64,000 nucleotides of DNA from Candidatus Gastranaerophilales bacterium. GTDB lineage: Bacteria > Cyanobacteriota > Vampirovibrionia > Gastranaerophilales > Gastranaerophilaceae. Location: positions 89,380 through 153,379 of the forward strand of contig CALVAQ010000001.1 in NCBI GenBank assembly GCA_944325595.1, given 5' to 3'. Under the pieces are notes generated by a model. That model was given only the letters and a program-made list of their open reading frames with translations. It was not told where the DNA came from and searched no databases. Position 1 is the first letter of the stretch, and every line of letters begins with the position of its first letter. The position numbers and the translations under genes were made by a program. Of this stretch, positions 57,179-64,000 are shown in pieces.

Positions 57179-57866
57179 TGTGCCAAGCCTGCAGGTAATC
57201 AAGTTTCTTTGACTACACTTATTTTTTAAAAGAATGGGTGGAAGATAAAACAAAAATCTTTGTTTTTGAAACCTAAACCACAACAGGGCTCCGCCCTGAA
57301 ACCCGTTTTATTCTCTAATTATTAAAACGTAGGTCGGATTTACTAATCCGACAAAATTATACTCCCGCAGGAGATGGAGAATTATCAGGCAAACTGTCAT
57401 TCTGAAGCGTTAAAAAAACATCGCCGTAAGGATAACGCTGTGTTCAGAATCTTACCAATCCAAAGTATATTCACCCATCCGGTAAGATCCTGAGCTTGCT
57501 CGCTGTGCTCACTCCTCAGGATGACAGTAGAAACGAGGCTCAATGATGCTTTAAACAAGATTCGGGTCAGAGTTAGATTTAATCAATTGGGGGTTACAGG
57601 GGGTGTCCCCCTGTTGGGCGAAGCTTATGTATGTCTTGAAATCAGACGTTCGGCAAAAGCGTGGTTTTGCCTCACATGGCTGTTCGCTCGTTTTAATTTC
57701 TATACGGCACGGAAAAACTACGTTTTTCTCTTTGCCTACCTCCATTCAAAACTTGACATTTAGTCAATATTTGAACGGAGTCCTTACAGCCGCACGGAAT
57801 CCGCAAAAAAAAGCTGTTGAATTAGGGGTTCAACAGCACAGTCTAAACAGGGATGATAAAATAAAT
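57179..57866. other. Noncoding island of about 690 nt densely packed with perfect hairpins
   Basis: Stems seen:
- 57284-57298 (CAGGGC/GCCCTG)
- 57333-57352 (GTCGGATT/AATCCGAC)
- 57399-57450 (ATTCTGAAGCGTTA/TAACGC..TTCAGAAT)
- 57451-57486 (CTTACC/GGTAAG)
- 57488-57521 (TCCTGAG/CTCAGGA)
- 57596-57614 (ACAGGGGG/CCCCCTGT)
- 57652-57671 (GGCAAAA/TTTTGCC)
- 57712-57728 (GAAAAAC/GTTTTTC)
The region contains no convincing ORF. Confidence 0.7.
57803..57836 (-). terminator. Rho-independent terminator of the receiver-like gene
   Basis: GCTGTTGAA (57812-57820) pairs with TTCAACAGC (57828-57836). On the minus strand an 8-T run follows (57803-57810). Confidence 0.7.
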
Positions 57867-58271
57867 TTATATGTTTTGTAAATTTGATATTTCGGAGTAT
57901 GGATAAGGCAAAATTCTTGAATTGTCCTGAACTACATCCAAAATCTCATCGTATGAATTTATAAAGGTTAATGTTTTGTCATTCATCATACGTAATGTTT
58001 TTTGTTCAGGCTTTGCATTCGTAATAATTGTGTGAATGGGGAAATATTCGGAGAATTTTTCAATAATTGATGCTACTACATAGTTGTACATATCTGCATC
58101 AACGATTACATAGGAGATACCTGCGATTTCAAGATATCTTTCTGCTGAATCCGCATCGGAAACAGCAAAGATATTTTTTTCACATATACCTGTTTCAAGG
58201 CATTTTTCCGTAAGTTCAGAAACTGCTTTGATGTCTTTTTGTATTAAAAGTACTGTGGTTTTGTTTATCAT
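57867..58271 (-). CDS. Stand-alone degenerate receiver-like (CheY-fold?) protein
   Basis: A beta1-like TVLLIQKD and a beta3-like YVIVDADM with an Asp at the expected phospho-acceptor position. The conserved Lys region is not recognisable. The start is set at MINKTT. Confidence 0.35.
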   Translation of the reverse strand: MINKTTVLLIQKDIKAVSELTEKCLETGICEKNIFAVSDADSAERYLEIAGISYVIVDADMYNYVVASIIEKFSEYFPIHTIITNAKPEQKTLRMMNDKTLTFINSYDEILDVVQDNSRILPYPYSEISNLQNI

Positions 58272-58438
58272 TTCTCTGCCAATTCCTCTACATTTATTGA
58301 TATCGAACAAATATTTTTAATCTTTATAACTAAAGTTGTAATATACTGCATATGGTGTAGTTTAAAAATTAAAAAACAGGGTACCTTCTCCAACTGCACA
58401 CAAAGGCAATAGAAATACATTTGAAGAATTTTTAAAAT

Positions 58439-59824
58439 ATGAATATGCCGGAAAACAAAAAACAAAAAATCGTTATCATAGGCGGTGTTGCAGCGGGTCC
58501 CAAAATTTGTGCAAAACTTCTGCGTACACAGGATTTTGACTGTCAGATTGACCTTTATACAGAAGAAGACATAATATCCTATTCTGCATGCGGGCTTCCG
58601 TATTATATTGAAGGCTTGATAGAAGATGTAAACCGTTTGATAGTGCGAACTCCGCAGCAGTTTGAGGAAAAAGGAGCATATATCCATCTTAATAAACGCT
58701 GTACAAAAATTCTTCCGCAGGAACACAAAATTGTTATCGCAGATACCAAAACAGGAATTATACAGGAAGTTGAATATGACAAACTTGCTATCACAACCGG
58801 CGCAAGACCGATTGTGCCGCCCATTCAAAATCTTCATCTGAAAAATATTTTTACCTTAAGAAAAATAAAAGACGGTGTAAATATAAGAAACAAAATCCGT
58901 GAAGAAAACACAAAAAAAGCTGTTATTGTCGGCGGAGGATACATTGGCATAGAAATTCTTGAAGCTTTTTACAAAAACGGACTTGAAATTACTCTTCTCG
59001 AAAGAGATGCTCATATTCTTCCTATTTTTGATTCTGAAATCAGCGACATGATAAAAGATGAAATAATAAAAATGAGCCAGGGCAAAGTAAATATCCTGAC
59101 ATCCGAGGCAGTTATTGCTTTTGAGGGTGATGAAAAAGTCCAGAGAGTAATCACATCAAAAGGAAATGTAATTGATACCGACATAGTGGTAATTGCTGCA
59201 GGGGTAACACCGAATACAGAAATAGCTGCAGAAGCCGGTATAGAACTCGGTGTGAGCAATGCAATCCGTGTAAACAACAGAATGCAAACCTCAATAAAAG
59301 ATATCTACGCAGCAGGTGATTGTACTGAGAATTATCATCTTGTATCAAAAAATTACTGCTGGATTCCTTTAGGTTCTACTGCAAACAAAGAAGGACGCTG
59401 CGCAGCAATAAATATTTCCGGGCAATACGATGCATTTCCCGGTGTATTGGGTTCTGCCGTAACAAGATATGATGGTCTGTCTATTTCACTTACCGGATTA
59501 ACAGAAACGGAAGCGAAAAAGTTTGGATTTGATGTTGTTTCTGCAACAATGACAAAAAAAGACAAGGCAGGTTATATGCCCGGAGCCGAAAATATTACGA
59601 TAAAACTTGTTGTGGATAAACGCTTGAAAAAAATTCTCGGTGCGCAGGCTTTTGGAAACGGAGATGCCGACAAGAGGGTCAATGCCGTAGCTTCGGCGAT
59701 TATGGCGGATCAAACGCTGGACAACTTTCTGCATACAGATATGACTTATGCTCCTCCTTTTTCTACAGCTGTCGATCCTTTGATTTCTGCAGCATTGCTC
59801 ATAAATAATCAAATATACAAATAA
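58439..59824 (+). CDS. FAD-dependent pyridine nucleotide-disulfide oxidoreductase (NADH oxidase / CoA-disulfide reductase type)
   Basis: FAD motif IVIIGGVAAG, single redox Cys in YSACGLPY, a second Rossmann motif VIVGGGYIG and AAGDC. Confidence 0.8.
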   Translation: MNMPENKKQKIVIIGGVAAGPKICAKLLRTQDFDCQIDLYTEEDIISYSACGLPYYIEGLIEDVNRLIVRTPQQFEEKGAYIHLNKRCTKILPQEHKIVIADTKTGIIQEVEYDKLAITTGARPIVPPIQNLHLKNIFTLRKIKDGVNIRNKIREENTKKAVIVGGGYIGIEILEAFYKNGLEITLLERDAHILPIFDSEISDMIKDEIIKMSQGKVNILTSEAVIAFEGDEKVQRVITSKGNVIDTDIVVIAAGVTPNTEIAAEAGIELGVSNAIRVNNRMQTSIKDIYAAGDCTENYHLVSKNYCWIPLGSTANKEGRCAAINISGQYDAFPGVLGSAVTRYDGLSISLTGLTETEAKKFGFDVVSATMTKKDKAGYMPGAENITIKLVVDKRLKKILGAQAFGNGDADKRVNAVASAIMADQTLDNFLHTDMTYAPPFSTAVDPLISAALLINNQIYK

Positions 59825-59856
59825 AAAAATCGGCTTTGTGAGCCGATTTTTTTTAT
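59824..59856 (+). terminator. Rho-independent terminator
   Basis: AAAAATCGGCT ttgtg AGCCGATTTTT followed by a T run. Confidence 0.8.
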
Positions 59857-59963
59857 TTTCCCCAAATCAAGTATTGCCTAGTTTTGTTTTTCCTCTATTA
59901 GTCCGTTTTATTATCTCTATTAGTCTAGTTTTGTCTCAACCCCAAATCGAATAGCCGTTTATC

Positions 59964-60152
59964 TTAGTCCAGCAGAGCTTCAAGAATGCTTGCATTTTTT
60001 GCTGCCAGAGAGTTTTCTCTGACTCTTTGTTTGTGAATGTATGTTCTCAAAGCTTCACGGATAAGTTCGCTTCTTGTACGATTTTCTGATTCAGCTACTC
60101 CATCAATTTTTGTTAAAAATTCTTCGGGCATTGAAATTAAAACTCTTGCCAT
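59964..60152 (-). CDS. Ribbon-helix-helix (CopG/MetJ/Arc family) protein
   Basis: MARVLISMPEEFLTKIDGVAESENRTRSELIREALRTYI fits the beta-strand plus two-helix RHH pattern. The ATG at 60152 follows GGAGG with an 8-nt spacing. Confidence 0.7.
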   Translation of the reverse strand: MARVLISMPEEFLTKIDGVAESENRTRSELIREALRTYIHKQRVRENSLAAKNASILEALLD

Positions 60153-60470
60153 AGTTGATTCCTCCAATTATTAAATCTTGTATCTCTTTTGTGGTTTGTG
60201 TTTCGGATTAATTTTCCTTACTCTTATATAAAGTATTTTTTAGATAATTTATTGCTAAAATTTATCTACAAAATATATACTAATTTCTAAAACCCTTTGT
60301 GCAGCTGCTGTTTTTGGGTTTACAAAACTTAACAATATCGTTTTCAAAATAAAAACTATACGGTTTTAAAACTTTTTGCAAACAGCTTTTCTTGATATAA
60401 TACAATTTGAAAATTATCTGAAAATTTTTATATAAAAAAATTGCCGCAGCTGCTTTTGAAAGAGGTAAAA

Positions 60471-61838
60471 ATGAGTTATATAAACGCTGATTCAATACTT
60501 GAGACAATAAATATGATACGGGTTCATCATCTTGATATCAGAACGGTTACACTTGCATTGAGTCTGCGTGACTGCTGTGATGCTGATGTAAAAATTGTTG
60601 GAGAAAAAATTTATGAAAAAATTACCCGATATGCAAAAAATCTTGTATCAATGGCAAACGAGATTGAAGAAGAGTACTCTATTCCGATTATAAATAAAAG
60701 AATTTCCGTTACTCCTATTTCACTCGTCGGTGAGTCTTGCAAAGAATACGATTATGTACATCTGGCAAAAGTTTTGGACAAAGCGGCAAGAGATGTAGGA
60801 GTAAATTTTATCGGAGGTTTTGGCGCACTGGTAGAAAAAGGCTGTACAAGAGGTGATGAAGCTCTTATAGAAAGTATACCCGAAGCGCTTAAACAGACGG
60901 AAAGAATTTGTTCTTCCGTTAATGTTGCAAGTTCAAAAGCCGGTATAAATATGGATGCAGTACTCAAAATGGGAACAACCATAAAAAAAGCAGCCGAACT
61001 TACTGCCGACAGAGACGGACTGGGAGCGGCAAAACTCGTGTGTTTTTGCAATGTTCCGGGCGACAATCCTTTTATGGCAGGGGCTTTTCATGGCTATGGC
61101 GAACCGGAATGTGCGCTCAACGTCGGTGTTTCAGGGCCGGGAGTTGTCAGAGCCGCTATAGAATCTATGCCGGAAAATGCTGATTTCAGTGATATAGCAA
61201 ACAAAATAAAACAGATTGCTTTCAAAATTACATCGACGGGCGAACTCGTGGGCAGGGAAATGGCTCAGAGAATGAACCTGCCTTTCGGAATTATAGACTT
61301 GTCTTTGGCGCCGACACCGGAAATAGGTGACAGTGTTGCAGGAATATTTCAGGCTATGGGGCTTGAACATGCCGGAGCTCATGGCACAACGGCAGCGCTT
61401 GCAATGCTCAATGACGCGGTTAAAAAGGGCGGTATTATGGCAAGCTCCCATGTCGGCGGGCTGTCCGGCGCATTTATTCCGGTTTCTGAAGATGCAGGCA
61501 TGATAGAAGCAGCATCAAGAGGCTGTCTCACTTTTGATAAACTGGAAGCTATGACATCAGTTTGTTCTGTTGGTCTTGATATGATTGCAATCCCGGGTGA
61601 TACTCCGGCAGATACAATTTCCGGCATAATTGCCGATGAGATGGCAATTGGTATGATTAACAAAAAAACGACAGCGGTCAGAATAATTCCCGCACCGAAC
61701 AAAAAAGCCGGTGACAAAGTGGTTTTTGGCGGGCTGTTGGGTGAAGCGCCTATTATGAACGTAAACAATTTGTCTTCAAGCAAATTTGTACAAAGAGGCG
61801 GCAGAATACCGGCACCAATTCATAGTTTGAATAACTAA
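60471..61838 (+). CDS. UPF0210 (DUF711) family protein
   Basis: The N-terminus [27 protein letters not shown] resembles UPF0210 proteins (…[20 protein letters not shown]). About 455 aa. The start is set at MSYINAD. Confidence 0.8.
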   Translation: MSYINADSILETINMIRVHHLDIRTVTLALSLRDCCDADVKIVGEKIYEKITRYAKNLVSMANEIEEEYSIPIINKRISVTPISLVGESCKEYDYVHLAKVLDKAARDVGVNFIGGFGALVEKGCTRGDEALIESIPEALKQTERICSSVNVASSKAGINMDAVLKMGTTIKKAAELTADRDGLGAAKLVCFCNVPGDNPFMAGAFHGYGEPECALNVGVSGPGVVRAAIESMPENADFSDIANKIKQIAFKITSTGELVGREMAQRMNLPFGIIDLSLAPTPEIGDSVAGIFQAMGLEHAGAHGTTAALAMLNDAVKKGGIMASSHVGGLSGAFIPVSEDAGMIEAASRGCLTFDKLEAMTSVCSVGLDMIAIPGDTPADTISGIIADEMAIGMINKKTTAVRIIPAPNKKAGDKVVFGGLLGEAPIMNVNNLSSSKFVQRGGRIPAPIHSLNN

Positions 61839-61867
61839 GATTATAAGAAAAAATAAGAGAAGATATC

Positions 61868-61900
61868 AAAAAACCGGACTTTGAAAAAAGTCCGGTTTTT
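61868..61900. terminator. Bidirectional rho-independent terminator
   Basis: CCGGACTT (61874-61881) pairs with AAGTCCGG (61888-61895), with an A run before and a T run after. It lies between convergent genes. Confidence 0.8.
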
Positions 61901-61933
61901 ATAAGTTAAAAAATAAGATTCGGATTAATCAAA

Positions 61934-63286
61934 CTATCTGCCGAGGTTTGAAAGTGTCTGCAGAATTTCGTTTGTTGTTGTGAATACACGGCTGTTTGCT
62001 TCAATAGCTCTTTGAGAAACAACCATATCTGCAAATTCAGATGCCAAATCAACGTTAGAGCCTTCCAGTACACCGGATTTTACGTTGCCGAAAGCTGCTG
62101 ATGAGATACTTCCGTAAAGAACCATACCTGCATTCGGAGCATTTGCATATGTATTGTTACCCTGTGCTGTTAAACCTTGAGGATTCACAAAGCTTGCCAT
62201 TTGAATTTGGAGGTTAGCCGGTTCAACAAGCTGGTCATTTACTGTTAAATCTGAACCTGTAATGATAGTACCGTCATTCAATGTATATTTCAAAATCATT
62301 TTTGACGGGTTGTGCGGGTCTTGCATAACGCTTAGTGTATCATTGTTTCCGTATTTGACTTCAATAAGCCCGTTTTCGTTGATAGAAACTGATGTAAAGT
62401 TTTGTGCATCTTCGCTGCCCGGTGTACCTTCACCGATTGTCTGGTGATAGTTAATTACTTCTGAAGCAGCCTGTTTTGTATTGGGATCCATTGTGCCGAT
62501 ACCAAGCTGTGTAACAACGTTAGATGTACCGTTTTCAACTTCAAATCTTTCTACGTCACCTGCTGCAGTAATCTGTAATGAACCGTCAACAATTGTTGCT
62601 GTTATGTCATCTATACCGTTAATTTCATCCAGAAGCTCATTAACCGTCATATCACTGCTGTTGATTGTTATAGGATGTGTTGTAGGTGTTCCCGCATCAT
62701 CATATGTAATAATATTAAATGTACCTGCAGATACACCGCCTGATTTGATACCGTTCAATTCATCAAGAGCCTTGTTGCCCATTTGAGCAATAGTGGATGG
62801 TGTTGTAACAGTGTTGATGTATGTCGGGATTTTAATCGGTGTTGTACTTGATGTTGTATCAAGCAGGTTGTTTGTACCGAGAAGTTTGTATCCGCTTGAT
62901 GTTACCATGTTTCCGTTTGCATCTACCGTAAAGTTACCGTCTCTTGTGTAAAGAATTTCTACTGTCGGAGAGGCTACTGTAAAGAAGCTGCTTCCGTTGA
63001 TACAAAGGTCGGTGTTAAGACCAGTAGTCAATGTAGTACCGGCTGAAAAGTCTCTTGTGATAGAAGCTGTCTGTACGCCGATACCGGTTTGTTTCGGGTT
63101 GATACCGCCCATTTGTCCTGTAGGTGCCTGCCCTGTAGATGATGTTCTGTAGTAAACATCTGAGAAGTTTACATTAGAAGCCTTAAAGCCGATAGTGTTC
63201 ATGTTTGCAATGTTGTCGGCAACAACAGTAATTTTTGTTTGTCCTGCTGCCATACCTCCGATAGCAGTGTAAAATGCTTGTGTCAT
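61934..63286 (-). CDS. flgE: Flagellar hook protein FlgE
   Basis: The N-terminal Flg_bb_rod motif GGMAAGQTKITVVADNIANMNTIGFK and the C-terminal LEGSNVDLASEFADMVVSQRAIEANSRV. Confidence 0.9.
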   Translation of the reverse strand: MTQAFYTAIGGMAAGQTKITVVADNIANMNTIGFKASNVNFSDVYYRTSSTGQAPTGQMGGINPKQTGIGVQTASITRDFSAGTTLTTGLNTDLCINGSSFFTVASPTVEILYTRDGNFTVDANGNMVTSSGYKLLGTNNLLDTTSSTTPIKIPTYINTVTTPSTIAQMGNKALDELNGIKSGGVSAGTFNIITYDDAGTPTTHPITINSSDMTVNELLDEINGIDDITATIVDGSLQITAAGDVERFEVENGTSNVVTQLGIGTMDPNTKQAASEVINYHQTIGEGTPGSEDAQNFTSVSINENGLIEVKYGNNDTLSVMQDPHNPSKMILKYTLNDGTIITGSDLTVNDQLVEPANLQIQMASFVNPQGLTAQGNNTYANAPNAGMVLYGSISSAAFGNVKSGVLEGSNVDLASEFADMVVSQRAIEANSRVFTTTNEILQTLSNLGR

Positions 63287-63349
63287 TAATCCTCCCGTTT
63301 ATCTTATTTTTTAACTTTAAATTATTTTCAATATTATATTTTTATTTTT

Positions 63350-64000
63350 TTATGAATTTGATGAACCGCTGTTTCTGTTGTAGTCAAGAATTCCTGTTTC
63401 CAAATCTCCCGTTTCCGACTGGAACATCTGCATTTTTTCGACAATGTTTGCTGCAGCTGCGGTGGAGTCACCAATTTTGCCCTGTGTGATACTGATTGAT
63501 TTGTAATCACCTTTTTGGATTGTCAAAATACCGTTTTCGAGTGAAGTTTTAACACCGGCTTTTTCCAATTCGTTGATGAAATCTTTTACTGTCATGTCAG
63601 TTGATATTTTGATTTCTTTGTTTGTTTTCTTGTATCCGTCATCTTGCATTGTCAGTGTAATGTATCCGTTTGTGATACCTGATGCACCGTTGAGCTCGCT
63701 CAATTTTTTGTTCAAAATTACATCATTTGATGAAGCTGCAGCACCGTCTGTAATAGAAGCGACAAGCCCGAGCGGATATTCATTTCCGTTAACTGTGATT
63801 GTTGCTGAACCGTTTGTAAAGTTTGCACTGGAAACAACCCCTGTAATCAATCTTGAAGTGTTGTTGGGATCAACAATCTGAACAGTTTTTCCGACGAGAC
63901 TGTTTGCCTGTTGAATCATGTTGTTTGTTGCGATGGACTCATTGAGTTCCTGAAGCTCCTGAAGCTGTGTGAACTGTGCCTGTTGAGCCAGCATTTCGGA
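63350..64000 (-). CDS. flgD: Flagellar hook assembly/capping protein FlgD, N-terminus beyond the window edge
   Basis: MLAQQAQFTQLQELQ matches the conserved FlgD segment (...AQLAQFSxLEQ). It lies immediately upstream of flgE. The reading frame is open to the window end. Confidence 0.8.
   Translation of the reverse strand, partial: SEMLAQQAQFTQLQELQELNESIATNNMIQQANSLVGKTVQIVDPNNTSRLITGVVSSANFTNGSATITVNGNEYPLGLVASITDGAAASSNDVILNKKLSELNGASGITNGYITLTMQDDGYKKTNKEIKISTDMTVKDFINELEKAGVKTSLENGILTIQKGDYKSISITQGKIGDSTAAAANIVEKMQMFQSETGDLETGILDYNRNSGSSNS

Noticed and set aside
57179-57866. The island was checked by eye for RNase P RNA, tmRNA, SRP RNA, tRNA and group II intron domain V.
   Set aside because: On either strand there is no GGAAAGTCCGG-type P4 element, no GGGG...CCACCA tmRNA ends, no SRP GGAA/AGCA domain IV motif, no GTTCGAATC T-arm and no domain V consensus. 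It is kept as an unclassified structured region instead.
58268-58837. A 189-aa minus-strand ORF overlapping the start of the oxidoreductase gene and the receiver-like gene.
   Set aside because: It overlaps a well-supported FAD-oxidoreductase CDS in antisense and has an implausible Cys/Phe-rich composition.
59964-60152. The RHH protein considered as a type II antitoxin.
   Set aside because: No co-directional toxin-sized ORF lies adjacent. The 75-aa ORF at 60280-60507 overlaps the UPF0210 start and looks spurious.
1-64000. A search for mobile elements, integrases, phage genes, CRISPR-cas or classic defence genes across the window.
   Set aside because: I recognised no transposase, integrase, recombinase, Cas or restriction-modification motifs in any listed ORF. 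The window reads as core chromosome with lineage-specific insertions, not as a mobile island.

Overview
Low-GC bacterial chromosomal segment, densely coding on both strands and mostly housekeeping: 2-oxoacid:ferredoxin oxidoreductase, GH57 glucan enzyme, coaE, cysS, secA, phosphohexomutase, scpB, era, nanE plus a ROK kinase, tuf, tlyA, rdgB, uppS, rubredoxin plus flavodiiron protein, comF, rseP, tgt, ndk, metK, ilvBN, a UPF0210 protein, flgE and flgD. By eye I found no rRNA, tRNA, CRISPR array, transposase or integrase. The likely source is a non-photosynthetic cyanobacterial relative (gut Melainabacteria/Vampirovibrionia-like). This is inference from the EF-Tu insertion type, a DUF1822-like domain, flagellar genes and anaerobe-type redox enzymes, not a database result. 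The most unusual locus is a three-gene minus-strand module at 18614-25432. It encodes a membrane anti-sigma-like protein with a DUF1822-like head, an H-x3-C-x2-C motif and a ~440-aa acidic linker; an ECF-like sigma factor; and a 1147-aa zinc-ribbon/P-loop/TPR STAND-type ATPase. Other items worth a second look:
- a hairpin-dense noncoding island (57179-57866) containing a possible three-way-junction RNA
- a 22-nt direct repeat that duplicates the metK stop region around a structured 110-nt insert
- an orphan promoter/terminator pair between two minus-strand genes (candidate sRNA)
- a translationally coupled envelope-modification operon (small YLDPGTGS peptide, methyltransferase, sulfatase-like membrane protein) next to a GT-C-like protein
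- several lineage-specific membrane-protein paralogue families
- a rubredoxin gene and a 52-codon ORF that fall below the ORF-track cutoff
All functional calls rest on motif recognition by eye. No HMM, BLAST or RNA-folding computation was run.
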